64,000 nt of DNA from the human T2T-CHM13v2.0 reference genome, Homo sapiens. The translations under genes were made by a program, and so were the position numbers. This document shows positions 15,264 to 33,828 of this stretch, piece after piece. The number at the start of each line of letters is the position of its first letter. The stretch's first letter is position 1. The stretch is from NCBI RefSeq assembly GCF_009914755.1, contig NC_060946.1, one strand, 5' to 3'. The notes below the pieces were generated by a model, which saw only the letters and a list, made by a program, of their open reading frames with translations, was not told the origin of the DNA and searched no databases.

Positions 15264-16399
15264 GTATCTGGAAAGAAGGCAGTGGGCACAGTACGGTGGA
15301 AAGGAGAACCTGCCTCCCCTCCAGGCCTGGCCCAGCCTCTTGAGTTCTCAGAGAGTTCATGATGAAGACCCTGGACCCCCGCAAATGGCAGAAATAGGGA
15401 AACTGTTCTTGGCAAAGACATCTCTATGAATTAAATGGCTCCCACCTGAACACACACACACACACACACTGTCTCACACACACACACACACTTAAACTCA
15501 CACACACACACACTTCCCCTGAGGACCCAGTAAACAATTGCTTCATTTTCCTATCAGCACAATTCCAAATCTATTCATGCCCCTTAGCCCATCTGGCTGT
15601 CAGATCCACAAGAGAAAAAGGCTTAATACCCACAACAGAGCCTTGTTTATTACTTATTTATCTCCCTCCACCCTTGTTCCCGATGGGATTTCAGGCGGCT
15701 TACTGAGATGGACAATACGGCCAGATAACATCATTCCTGAATTCCTTAGCAGGGCACACAAAGTCCTTTGTGAGCTGCCAGAATCTATTTCCCCAGCCTC
15801 GTCCCTGCTGCCTCCCTGCCAACTCCCCGTGCAAACACACATTCCAGCAACCCCCCACGCTGCCTTAGTTACCCGAATGGTCCATTGCGTTTCCTCTCAT
15901 GCCTTTGTGGCGTTTTATATGCTGATCTCTCTGCCTGATGAGCCCCTCCCTGGGCAGTCCTACCCCTCTAAGCTGGAGTTCAAGCATGACCTCCTCTGTG
16001 AAGCCTTCCTTGATTTCCCGGGCAGATACAGACATTTCTTCTCTCTGCTCACTTACCACTTAAATGTGCATGGTTCCCCCTCTAAATGGAAGCTCCATGA
16101 AGCCAGAGACCTTCTCTTTCCAGCTATATTTCCCTTGTGTCTGCTACTGGAAACATGGTAGGTGCCTGATAAATATTTCTTGACTGAATAAATAAAACCT
16201 GCCTTTGCCTTCTTTGCCTTCAGAATCTAAGGTGCCTTTAGACCTTAGGTCCTCCTCAACGTGGAGGGTTTATTGTCATTATCAGTAAGTATTCCTGGAA
16301 TATACCGGCTCTGTGGATGGCATCTGAGCAAGGCACTGGGGGAACCGGTGGGAGATGTCCTGGCAGTGGGGTGACCAGTCTTCTGTTGTATGTTTCTAG

Positions 16400-17037
<638 letters not shown>

Positions 17038-17107
17038 TCATAGTTCTCAGTTCTAGTTCTTTATCATCTTTATCATAGTCCTTTACCATTGCCTTTATCA
17101 TTGCATC

Positions 17108-17389
<282 letters not shown>

Positions 17390-17893
17390 GACTTGATTGC
17401 CCTAACACCAAGGGCTGTTGTTTGGGGCATGTTGCCCTTCTGTTTGTCACTCAAGATAAAAATACCACCTATTGATGTGGAGAGAGTGGTTCTCAGGGAG
17501 TCTATTGGGGCTTTGGACAATAACATCTGTTGGTAAAAGTCCTGGGTCTCCAGAGTGACGCTGGTGCGTTCTGGGAACTTCTTGCTCAGGCCTGTGCATA
17601 GGTATCTGATTTAAATTGCAGCAGGGTAGCCGGGCATGGTGGCTCACACCTGTAGTTCCAGCTACTTGGGAGGCCAAGGCAGGAGGACTTCTTGAGGCCA
17701 AGGGTTCAAAACCAGCCTGAGCAACATAGCAAGACCCCATCTCTACAAAAAAAGTTTTTTTAAGCTGCAGAGGGGTCAGCCTTCAGGGAATGTTGCTCTC
17801 AAAGACTTGGATGTGGTGGGAGGAGCCAGCAGACCCTCCCCTGCCTGCCCAGCCCACAGCTCAGCAGAGCCTCTTCTGTGCTTCCCCCAACAG

Positions 17894-18073
17894 CGAGTGC
17901 GGTGGGCCCGGGCGCTGTATGACTTTGAGGCCCTGGAGGATGACGAGCTGGGGTTCCACAGCGGGGAGGTGGTGGAGGTCCTGGATAGCTCCAACCCATC
18001 CTGGTGGACCGGCCGCCTGCACAACAAGCTGGGCCTCTTCCCTGCCAACTACGTGGCACCCATGACCCGATAA
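17894..18073 (+). CDS. GRAP2: GRAP2 last coding exon, C-terminal SH3 (RVRWARALYDFEALEDDELGF...GLFPANYVAPMTR*)
   Basis: CAG acceptor ending 17893; ALYDF and GLFPANYV SH3 motifs; TAA at 18071-18073. The six exons total 915 nt; with a 78-nt upstream coding exon this gives 330 aa, the recalled GRAP2 length. Confidence 0.98.
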   Translation, partial: RVRWARALYDFEALEDDELGFHSGEVVEVLDSSNPSWWTGRLHNKLGLFPANYVAPMTR

Positions 18074-19339
18074 ACTCTTCAGGGGACAGAAGCTTTTTGT
18101 CTGGAGCTGCCCACAAGAAAGAGGGCAAGGAAAAAAGGCTGGACTCCATGACTATATATACATACATCTATCTACATCTGCCTGTGTACACACACAACTT
18201 TTTATACTAGTAATTTATTGGCAATTGGGCTGGTAATTAGTTGATGCAAAAGGGAACTCAGGTGGAGAATAATATTGACACTTGCTTTTCTGCCCCCCTC
18301 AGGGGTGTGTGGAAGGCAGTGGGGGAGTTGGGAGGGGGGCAGGGAAATGAAATGGAGTTTTGTCCTGGCCTTCAGCTGTCACTGCTTCCTCCTTGTCTTG
18401 GGAATTTTCACGGAGAACAGCTAAGCAGAGACCACACCTCGGCACTGGACACAGAACAACAGGGTGGGGTTGAACTTGGTGGGGCACGTTCTAGCTGACC
18501 TGCAAGCCCCGCTCACCTGGAGGGCTTGCAGAGCAGCTCTCCTCCTGTTCTCCAAGGGGTGGGCACTGTTGCATTAGGAATTAAGGTGCAGCCCAGTGCT
18601 GCGGGCAGCCAAGCGAGTCTGAGCGGGGATGTGAAGGCAGGACGGGGTTGGAGAGACCCTGCCTGTGCAAGGCTGGCCTCCTAGTCAACACCTAGCTGAG
18701 ACATTCATCTCTGTTCAAATTAATATTCCTTGGGTCTTTCAAATGAATGTTTCAATGTGAGGAGCGAAGTACTGGGAAATCGAGGGATTTTCCACAATCC
18801 CCAAGCAGCTTACTCAGTGGAACCTCTGTTTCCCCAGCTATGAAGGAAATAGCATCCTACATTCCGTAAAGTGCTTGAAGAAGCTCTAGCTGAGAATGCT
18901 GAATTTTACAGTCATTGTTTTATGGTTACAAGGGTATGTCTTCAGGGCTCTGTTCATTTTCCCTCTTGATTTTCTCTTTTGAAGATGCCTTGCCCAGTGG
19001 CATGGAAAGAAGCCCACTTGATGATAGGAGCCTGACTATGAATTGATTGACTAAACATGACCCCAGGTGGAAGCTGGCTTTGACACCAGCTTCCTGTTCA
19101 GTCTGACCACTGCTGTCCTCCTGCTGCCCAAGAGTTGCACCTGGAGCAAGGAACCCCACCATGGCTGTCGCTCTCCATCCCATCACGCTAGAATCATGTG
19201 TCCAAGGGCTCACCCTGGAGGTGCACAGCACAGGTCAGCCTGGCCAGGGGCGAAGGAGACAGTAGAGAGGAAGCTCAGGGCCTTAGGGGAGGCCGGGTGC
19301 AAACCCGTTCTGCACCAAGTGCACTCGGAGTTTGTGGGT

Positions 19340-19495
19340 ATGGGTGTGTACCCCTGCAGGTGTGCACATGTGTGCTTGCACGCACATATTTGTGCACTCC
19401 TGTGTGTATACATGTGTGCTTGTGTATGCATATGTGTGCATTCCTGCATGTGTGGACATGTGCGTGCATGCATCTGTGTGTCTGTGTGTGTGCTG
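19340..19495 (+). repeat. Degenerate alternating purine-pyrimidine (TG/CA) tract in the GRAP2 3'UTR
   Basis: gtgtgcacatgtgtgc...gtgcatgcatctgtgtgtctgtgtgtgtg. Confidence 0.85.
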
Positions 19496-20304
19496 AGACA
19501 GGAAAGGGGGTGAAAGTGTTGGTGAGGGAGCCTGGAAGTTTTCTCTTCCCCAACCTCTCTTGCTCTAAGGAGGGATGGGGTTGGGGGCAGCCATTATTGA
19601 AGGTGATCGGAGAAGAAAGATTTTCTGACTCAGAAGTGACTGCCAGTGTAGCACAAGCAGTGTCCCTTGTGACTGTGATTCTACAGTTCTCTGATCCTCA
19701 TGTTTCCTTTAGAGGAAAGAGGAAAAAAGGAACTCTGTGGTGGGTATTGGGAGGGAAAAGAAAATAGCCTGGTGGAGGCAGGAGGGAGTCGAGTGTGAGT
19801 AAGGAGCACCTGCAGCTTTTGGAAGTGAAAGCAGAGAGAGGGAAAGGTAGCTAAGACATCCAGGAGGATCAAGGGGCAGCGTGAGAGGCACAGGGGGAGG
19901 AAAGGGAGAGGGTGAGTGGGGCCAGGGAAGAGAACGGTGTGGAGTTGGTGGGCAGATGGTGCAGGAGGAGGGCTGGGCAGTGGGGAGAGGAAGAATCAGA
20001 GCAGAGAAACCGCTGCTGCGGAAGGCAGGGAGCAAAGAAGCATAAGGAAAAGAACAGGAGAAAGAACAAAGGCAGAGAAGACCTCCTCAGCTATTTTGGT
20101 GCTAGGTAATGTGAAATGCTGCAGTAAATAAAAGCCATAAGTAATGTTTGATTTTACAGTATTTACAAACCATATGCTTTAAACAGCCCACAAACTCCAT
20201 CCAGTTGTCTGATGATGTGGGAGGACCAGCTCTAGTTAGACGGAGGTATGTGATTCGATTCTGGTGGAGACTTTGTGCCTTGAAAGGCTTCTCAGGAAAG
20301 CAGT

Positions 20305-20310
20305 AATAAA
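20305..20310 (+). terminator. Probable main GRAP2 polyadenylation signal AATAAA
   Basis: Canonical hexamer followed by GT/T-rich downstream element (gtgtccttgtttgg...gtgtctggtgtctg); alternative AATAAA at 20127. Confidence 0.7.
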
Positions 20311-21521
20311 ACAAAGTGTCCTTGTTTGGCCAGGCCGTGTCTGGTGTCTGCGTTGCATACCCCTCAGGTAGAGAGTGAGAACGAGACCAGGGGGTGACAG
20401 GGGTCATCGGCCTGCAGGAGCTGACCCCGTAGGCAGGCGGTATGAGCAGAGCTTTCAGAACCCCTGGAGCTCGGTGTTCTGTTGTAGCAAAAGCTACTGA
20501 AGAGTATTTTGTACTGAGATGCCAAAGCATCTTTCCCTTGCTCATCAGCCTCCATTCAGAAGGAAGCGGGAAAGTCACCCAAACCACCTACAAGGAATGA
20601 GGGCTCTTAGCGGCCAGGTAAAGAGGACAAGAACCAAACTGTCCACATTATGGAGGGGAGGGGGAAAGAGAGCTCAACCCCCCTCAGCCTCTGGTGCTGC
20701 CAGGGGGAGCCCCTCCGCATGTGTCCCCACGGGCCCTAGTTTCTACCTGACAGCATTTCAGCACCAGAGGAGGGTTGAGCCAGCTCCTCTCACCAGCCAC
20801 AGAACCAGCAGCCAACAAACACATTGTCCCCGAGTTTGGCTGCAACACTCTATGTGACTTGGGAACTTGAAGCTTCCAGAGAAAAGCCAGGTCCTGTTGG
20901 ACCAGTTGTTGGGTTTTCCTAACCACTTGCTGTGCCTCACCGCATTTCAAATATCTGGCACCTGCCACTGCCCACCCACTTTTAGATGGCCCTAGGGTGA
21001 TCTAACCATGGTGCTTCTCAAAATTTAAAGTGCCTACGAATTGCCTGGGGACCGTGTTGAAATGCAGCTTCCAACTTGGTCCTGAATTTCTAACAAGCTA
21101 CTGGGTGCTGTTGCTAGGTCCACATGTTAAGGAGCAAAGGCAAAGAACTTAGCAGTGAGCACAACTCTAATTGGGCTCTTCTTCTGAGGATATTCGGCCA
21201 TTTTTTCTTCGCTGCTAACGAATAGGTCACTTTGGCTTTGGGACAGATGCAATTCAGAACGGTCATTATGACGTCATTCATATTTGGCTACCCAGGTGAC
21301 TTATTATTTTAGCATCCTTATCTCTAGAATTAAAAAAATGTAATGTGAGAGGAATTCAGATGAAATGCAAACAGGAATTTCCTATAATAATTACTATTTC
21401 CTAATAGTAATTATTTTAAACATCAGCAGAGATTGCAGAAGTTGTAAAAGCTTTGTCAGGAAATCTTCAGTCATAAAATTGACTCTGGTCAGATGTGGCC
21501 CTGGTTGAGGCAGGGGACTGT

Positions 21522-21641
21522 GCTCCCAGCTAACCTAAAACACAACAGCCCACACTCGGGACAGATTAGCATGGCCAAAATATTTACTGTTTGCCTTGTC
21601 TAAGCCAACATTTTAGCCCCTCTATACCAAGGCAAGTGTGT
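21522..21641 (+). repeat. Copy 1 of ~120-bp local direct repeat (copy 2 at 23374-23494)
   Basis: Manual alignment, ~85% identity. Confidence 0.9.
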
Positions 21642-21888
21642 GAGAAAAACCTTGATTGTCTCAATGCTTTTTAAAAAATGCCTCCTCAGTTCCTCCACTT
21701 TACTCCATCACCTTGGCCATGCCACCATCATCTCTTCCTTTGGCAACTGTCAGCTTTCATACCTTTCTCCCTGCATTCTCTCCCGTAATCTGGTCCTCCA
21801 CACAGATGCCAAAGCGATCTTTGTAAAAATAAATCCGATCACATCACTCCCCTTCCCACTGGATTTAGGCTTAAGTCCAAAGTCCTAA

Positions 21889-22497
<609 letters not shown>

Positions 22498-23373
22498 TAA
22501 AATAATCCTTCCCCTAAGATGGTCTTATGAATCCTGTGCTTTTCCTGAATAGCACGTACACAGATGATGGTGCCAGACTGAGCTGTATGGCTATTACAGC
22601 TCACTGCAGCCTCTGCCTCCCAAGTTCAAGTGAACTTGGAGCTGTAAGCTCCACGGAGCAGGGGTCACCTCTGTTTTGTAAACCATTGTACACCCAGCAT
22701 CTAGCACTATGCAAGGCACACAGAGGCTCAGTAAATATTTTTCTAATGAAGGAATGATTGGACCTGCTTCATCTCATCTATTTACTCATTTTGTAACTCA
22801 ACTGTCTTGGGCCTAACAGACCTGTAGATGCAAACAAGGTCATATTTACAATGATGTCCAGGTTCCAGTAGCTTTAGCCACTGTCTTCGGATTCTCCTCC
22901 AGTTAACTTCTGAGAGGCCAAGAGAGGGAGGCTGTTATCTCTCACGTGTTTAGGCACCAGTATACTCACGCTTCCTACTCTGGTTCCAGTGTTCTGTTGC
23001 CCCACGCATCCTCTGCTGACAATGCCTTCCCAGATGCTGCGGATCCACTATGCACCACATTTATCTGCTGGTGAATTGACCCAATCCTTCAGGACACCAA
23101 ATCTGCCCTGCAGTCCACATGACAAGGAGATTGGGGAAGAGGTAGAGGGGAGAATGGCCAGCCTGTGCCCAATTCTGAGAGGCACTGCTTGGACCCTGGC
23201 TCCCTCAGCATCTTCCATGAGCACAGCTGGCTCTCTTCTCAGCCGAGCCCTCCCTCCATCAGACAGAACAAGGGATACCAACCCTTCCCTCCGTCTCTCT
23301 CTTCTCACTCTTCCCTGTTGCCTCTTTCTCCTTGAGCTCAAAAGAAGGGGAATGTACCTACATGCCATCGTTA

Positions 23374-23494
23374 GCTCACAGCTAACCTGAAACACAACAG
23401 CCCACACTGGGGACTGATTAGCATGGTCAAAATATTTGCTGTTTTCTCAGTCTAAAGTCAACACTTCAGCCTGTCCATACCAAGGCAAGGGTGT
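23374..23494 (+). repeat. Copy 2 of ~120-bp local direct repeat
   Basis: Manual alignment to 21522-21641. Confidence 0.9.
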
Positions 23495-24107
23495 CCTCTG
23501 CACCACACCATTTGTGCAGTAGATACTACCTAGAAGCCTAGTAGCTGTGCACTCACTTCTATTGTTTTAAGTTTTGCTGTAATTCATTCATTAAGTCAAC
23601 AAATATTTACAAAGCACCTCTTCAGGGTCAGACACAATCAGCCATCGGGTCCTTCACATTCTCTCAACTCTGTCCCTTCTCTGCACCCATTCCACAGCCA
23701 CTGCCTTACTTCAAACCTCTCTCACTTCTTTCCCTGATGACTGCAATAGTCTCAGCACTCGTCTCCCTGCCTTTCTGGCTGGCCCCCTGTAATACAGCCT
23801 CCAACGCAGTCAGGGAGATCTTATTCGCAGACAGGCTGATGATACCAAGCTCCTGCTCAAATCTTTGGGTTCTCCATAGTCTTCAGGCTGGAGTTTAACC
23901 TCCTTAGCTTCGCACTAAAGGCCTTTTGTGATCTGCCTGCTGCCTTGTTCGTTCAGCCACATCTTCTACCTCTCCAGTCCCAAACACTCTTTACTTCAGT
24001 CCCTTAGAACTATCTGTGGTTCCCAGAATGAGGCATGTTTTCTAAGACCTCTGGTCTCCTACATTCTGTTCTTTTTGCCTGGAATGCTTTCTCCCACTGT
24101 TTTGTCT

Positions 24108-24291
24108 AGACAAGGGCTGTCTATTAGGACTTTCTGTGATGAGGGAAAAGCTCTGTATCTGCTCCATCCAATGTGGTAGCCACTAGCCACTAGCCACATG
24201 TGGCTATTGAATACTTGAAATATGCCTGGTATAAATGACTGAAATTGCCACATGTGGCAAAGAGCTGCCTTATAGGGCAGCGTGGGTCCAG
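24108..24291. mobile_element. MER3-like hAT-Charlie DNA transposon
   Basis: ggtagccactagccacatgtggctattgaatacttgaaat signature. Confidence 0.75.
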
Positions 24292-24547
24292 ACAACTGTT
24301 ACTTACTTTGAAATCATTAGCTCAGGGCTCCAGGTCTCCACTGGGAAACCATCCCAATATTATGGTTGATGTAAGTGCCCCCGTTCCCCCACCCCCACTT
24401 ATGTTCCTGTAGTAACCTTGTTCTCCCTCTATCCCAATACTCAGAACACCATTGTCAGTGATTCACTGATCTGCCTCCTCTGCTAGACCAAATCTTTTTT
24501 AGGTCAAAGATATGCAGTGCAGTCAATAAATGGTTGATGCCTAGATG

Positions 24548-26570
<2,023 letters not shown>

Positions 26571-26869
26571 CATGAGTGAGTGAGTGAATGAGTGAATGAA
26601 TGAATGAATGAATGAATGAATGAATGAAAGAAATGTGCCAGATGCTGGGAATACCAGGGACGCCATCAGGCTCTTTAGGGAGAAGTCTATTCAGACCTGC
26701 GAGAGCTGGGCATGCAGCTGCTAGTCGGATTTCAATTCCAACTGAGGAGATAAAGGATCAGGGAGTCCCATCTTTGATTTAGTCAGTAAATCGAAGATAT
26801 GGGACATTTGTTTTCTTTGGGTGCTTTACCTTTAATACCAAGACTTGTCAAGGCATCTCTATTAAGTGG

Positions 26870-27300
26870 CCCACTCAGACAAGTGCAAAGTGAGTGAGCT
26901 GGAGGCGAAAAAAACAGAGGCCTGACCAAAAGGCTCTAGAGCAACAAGAGGCTCATGATTTCCCATCACAAGAAGTCCAGAGACAAGACAGCCATTGGCT
27001 GGCTTAACACAATGGCCCAACAATGCATCAGTGATGTCTCTGAGCATCAGTGGTGTCTCTTCTCAGTGGCTTACAGCTCCAGACATCACATGCAGACGTG
27101 ACAATGTCTAATGGAGAAGGGGCACATTCTCTCCCAATTCTACTCAATGAGAAACCCTTTCCTTCCTGGAGGTCCTTCAGCGGCCATTCACACAGATCCC
27201 ACTGGCAAGACTGGATCCCATGCTGTTCTTACACCAGCCATTTCCAAGAGAATGAGGCCACCATAACTGGCTTAGGCCAATTGGTAGGACCCTTCAGGAG
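26870..27300. mobile_element. MLT1-like LTR fragment
   Basis: aagaagtccagagac...ccactggcaagactgg...ggcttaggccaat resembles MLT1J/K. Confidence 0.45.
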
Positions 27301-28228
27301 GCAGAACCTGGGAACCTAGGCAGGGCTCTGCCCACAGGAAGAAGCAGGTGAGCGTGTGGGGGTGGCGGGTGGTTGTCAAAACCCAATATACAGGGAACAT
27401 TACAGGAAGAGTCACTTACTTTACAATCATGTCATTTCATAAACATTTCTTGACATAATTAGGGAACAAGAGGCAGCATGAAGGAGCACAGCTTCCCTGC
27501 CATTCCCCCCGCCACAGTGAGACGCCTGCAAGGACACAGACACAGCCTTTCCATCAGCCTTCCTCTGTGGATCCCCCATCCACACTGAGCCAGCAGGTCA
27601 ATGGGGACAGGTTCCATGCTGTTCAGAGAAACCAGCACTGTACACAGTGGGGCCCTGCATCCACTGCAGGGGTGGACGCCTCAGCCAGCCCAGGACTGTG
27701 CCGTCATCCCTGAGACTCACTGATCCTGATGTGAGACTCTCCCCGACAGGGGCTTCCAGGCATGGCTCTATGCAGGGTCATTTGTGGCCACACTATGACG
27801 TGGGCGATCCCATTTCTACACATCTAAATTCCCCAGGGCAGGCAGCATGTGGTATCTCACTCCCTCGGCTCTAACCTGGTTATGGGAAGTTGCTAGGTAA
27901 CTGCTTCCCACACTGGAGGAGGCTTAGTTACCATGGAAAGTCCAGATGGGTGGGGGGGCACAGAGGAAGGGAGCACTGGCTGGGGGGTCTGCAGCTGGGA
28001 TTCTGTCCCCACTCTCTCCTGAGCCCCTGGACCTAAGGGGAGTCTCTCAACCCCTCTGGGCCTCAGTTTCCTCCTAGTAAAATGAAGGAAAGGCTGGGTC
28101 ACTTCTTGCTCTAAACCACTGATGCATGTGGATGGCATACCCTCAGTGAGCACTGATCCTCAGACACCTCTTCGGCAAGGAGTGACTCAAGATGGGTGCA
28201 GAAAAGGAATGCATTAAGTTTATGTCTT

Positions 28229-30136
<1,908 letters not shown>

Positions 30137-31436
30137 CTAGGTCCTCTTCTGAACCGAGGCTTCCTAAAAAAAAAACTTAGGATGCAATGTGTGTCCCTAA
30201 AACACCCAGCTTGCTAAAGCATGATGTCCTTTCAGACAGGGTCTCCCAGTTCTTGGGCTCTGCTGGTCCTTCTGCCCCAGATGGAGCCATGGCACAGGCC
30301 CAGCCCTCTCTAGGTTGCTGGGACCCATCCTGACTCCTCCAATATGGGCCACTGCATAAGCCTCTTGGGTCTGCTATTTGTTCCTTCTTTCATTCTGAGA
30401 TCCAGCCCCACCTTCTTCCCTTGCTTCTGCAATAAGATCTCTGCCCAGGCCCAGATGCTGGGACCAGTGCAGTACCCAGCTCCCCGTTCACCTGCCTTGT
30501 TCATGCCAATCCCATTCCCAGAATCCATATGACATTTCCAAGCACTAGCTGCCATCCTCCTGTCTACACGCCCGAATCTCCATGATGCAGTGGTGGCTCC
30601 CTCTCCCACCATGCATGTCACCCACTCAGCACTCTGATGACCTTGTGCCGGAGCCCCTGCTCCTGCTGGCTGCACAACACCCCCACCACCATCTGTACCC
30701 ACAGTCACAGGAGGCCCCTGTAATCCCCGAAGACAGGTTGGACCCCATCCCACCCCCAGAAGCTGGTCTTTACTCCCACTTCCTTCTCGGTCTCCACCTC
30801 CAGGGTCCAGTTTTAAGTTTTGGCCACTCCTGATCCCTCCCCACCACCATACAAACATGACAAACAGGGCAATGTCTGAGTGTGGCTAAGGACGCTGCAG
30901 TCATCATATCAGGTAACATTCTCCATCCCCACTCAACAACTGAGTTTTCTCCTGGCTGGGAGCAGAAGGAGAAATTCACATCTTTTACATATAGAGTGAG
31001 CCTCTCTAGGGTGTCAGGGTCAGTGGTCTCTCAGCTAACAGCTTTGCTCTGGGGCATTCAAGAACCTTCTGGCCCTGCAGAGAAAACCCCACCCTTGAGC
31101 TGTACACCCTGTCCCTCCCCTCCTTTCTAACTATTCTCTCTTCTCTCCTCCAGGCAATGTGGAGAGGTGGAAAAGTCACAAGCTTTGAGTCAGAAACACG
31201 TGGGCTGCAGTCCAGACTCTGCTACTTACGCTATCAGCCTGGACAAGTTTCTTGACCACTCTGAGCTGATCTAGAGAACTGGGGATAATAGCACTGAGTT
31301 GTCATGAGAAGTAAACAAAATTATAGGAACTACTTGGTAAGAACCTAGCAAGTGGGAGAGACATCATGACTGCTTTCTTCATTCTTTTTATTCCTATGGC
31401 CCAGGCCAAGCAACAGGGCATGAAGAGAAGAAACTC

Positions 31437-31777
31437 AGCTGGGCGTGGGGGCTCACGCCTGTAATCCCAGCACTTTGAGAGGCTGAGGCGGGCAGATCAT
31501 GAGGTCAAGAGATCGAGACCATCCTGGCCAATATGATGAAACCCTGTCTCTACAAAAATACAAAAATTAGCTGGGTGTGGTGGCGCACCTGTATTCCCAT
31601 CTACTTGGGAGCTGGGAGAGGGAGCTCCCGCGTAGGGAGAATCACTTGATCACTGAGGCAGGAGAATCACTTGAACCTGAAAGGCGGAGGTTGCAGTGAG
31701 CCGAGATCGCCCCACTGTATTCCAGCCTGGGCAACAGAGTGAGACTCCATCTCAGAAAAAAAAAAAAAAAAAAAAAG
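31437..31777 (+). mobile_element. AluS (Sc-like) with ~40-bp internal complex insertion
   Basis: Alu consensus; TSD agagaagaaact on both sides. Confidence 0.9.
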
Positions 31778-33259
31778 AGAAGAAACTTGGTCCATTCCTA
31801 AGGTTCCTGGCCCTCCCAGGAGTCTTGCCCAGCCTCTACCTCACCCATAACTACTTTCCATTTTTGGCAGAAACAGCCTCTTCTTCACCCCTCCCTGCCC
31901 CACCCCAGTGGGACTTGTTGCTGCAACAGCCTCCTTCCCTTTGAAACTTGCCTGTCCTGTGTTCCGCCCTCCCCGGGGTAATCTCTCTGCACCCATCAAA
32001 CTGATAACTTGCCAACACAGCACATCAACTTTGGGAGAGCTCCCCTCCCTCACCTCACCCACCCTCCTCCAGGGTACACCTGTCCTGTGATGGCCACCTG
32101 CAAGGGACAGAGTGCTGAGGGTGTTGGCCAAGTAAAGGAATAATTTTTGAAGGGAGAATGCCAGGTTAGGCAGGGGTGTCAGAGGCATCCCGGGTCACTT
32201 CCTCTGGTGGCTCTCCACTGCTTTGCAAGGCATCCCACCCAGATCAGTCACTGGCTTTACTAGAATGCCCTTCCCCTGCCACCCCCAGCTTGGGGTTCAA
32301 GCTGCCTCTTGGAGGTGGGGCTGCATGGAGGCAAGACATCTGGGCCACCCTCAACCCCTGCACCTTGCCCTGCACCTGCCCTCGACCCCTGCACCTTTCT
32401 CCTTCTTCGGTAACTGTGCTCACATAGGTCCCTCCACCTCCACCTAGGGGCCTCCTTCCTTTCTATTTACCTCTGTTCACATCCTAGCCAGCCTTCAAGG
32501 CCAGGGAAAAGGCCACCCCCTTCACAAAGTCATCTTTGATTCCACCCTCAGCCTAGAGCAAGCAGCCTTGCTGAACCTTCTTCTGACGGGTGCTCTCTCT
32601 GCCAGCCTTGCCCTAAAAGGGTGAGTGCACTCAGGTCCTGTGCCCTGGAATGTCCAGGTTCCAGGCCCCAAGGACAAGGCTGAACTAACACTAAGGAAAT
32701 AATTCTAGCCCAGGCCTCTTGGTTGGGGTCAGAGCTGCTTTAAACTTTGCCTAAAAATGTTTCTGGTGCTGCCAGCCATAAAGCGGGGAGGCACTCCCTT
32801 GAGTCAGGTGTGTCTGACTCAAAAGCACTCCGCCTCTGTCATGTGGGTGAAGTTGTTCACCCAAGCAGCCCTGCGCTGCCTGCACAGCCTGCCAGGAACC
32901 TCTGCTCCAAGACTCTCTGTTCCTGTGTGGCTACCTAGAGAAAGCAAGAAAAGACCCCATGCCTCCCCGAGGCTTCCTTTCTGAAACTTCCCTAGTCTCA
33001 GAACCTGAGCAGCCCTCTTTCTGTAATGCTAAATGTCACTGGAGCCCACCGCGGGCTCTCCCTACCTCGGGTCCAGCCCATGCTCTTGGTCAGGTGCATC
33101 CATCTCAAGCATCATTTTTATCCTACCATTCCCCAGTTTCCCAGCCTTCCATGGCTCCCAGCTGAAAACAAAATGCAAACTCAGCCTGGAATTCACGCAC
33201 TCAAGAGCATCTGTGAGACAACTTGTATTTCTGGCTCCTTGTCATTTTCCCATCCCTGA

Positions 33260-33328
33260 AATACACATATATGTACATATTTACACACTGGTACACACAT
33301 ACACATACATGTACTTACATACACACAT

Positions 33329-33370
<42 letters not shown>
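33260..33370 (+). repeat. Degenerate (CA/TA)n ending in a pure (CA)n microsatellite
   Basis: Read directly. Confidence 0.9.
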
Positions 33371-33371
<1 letters not shown>

Positions 33372-33553
33372 ATGACCTAAACGAGTCAGTTGGTTTAGTC
33401 TGCATTTACCTTAAGCACTACATTTACTCAGTCACTCACTCACTCTTCATCCACTCAACTCTCTCAGTACCAGGTCTGTTCTAGAGCTGGAACATAACTT
33501 TCCTGCTTCCCTACCATCAGCTACTACCTAGAATATCCTCCCCTGTCCCTTCA

Positions 33554-33828
33554 AGCACTTTGGGAGGCCAAGGTAGGTGGATCACCTGAGGTCAGGAGTT
33601 CGATACCAGCCTGACCAATATGGTGAAACCCCATCTCTACTAAAAGTGCAAAAAATAGCCAGGCGTGGTGGCAGGTGCCTATAATCCCAGCTACTCAGGA
33701 GGCTGAAACAGGAGAATCACTTAAACCTGGGGGATGGAGGTTGCAGTGAGCCGAGATCATGCCACTTTACTCCAGTCTGCGTGAAAGAGCGAAACTCTGT
33801 CTCAAAAAAAAAAAAAAAAAAAAAAAAA
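33554..33828 (+). mobile_element. AluS, 5' truncated
   Basis: Starts at agcactttgggagg; poly-A tail. Confidence 0.9.

Larger units (their letters stand above)
18074..20330 (+). other. GRAP2: GRAP2 3' UTR (end approximate)
   Basis: Follows the stop codon; AATAAA at 20127-20132 and 20305-20310. Confidence 0.75.

Noticed and set aside
15538-16161. 207-aa ORF in a GRAP2 intron
   Set aside because: Runs through L2-derived pyrimidine-rich sequence; non-ATG start; no domain or splice support
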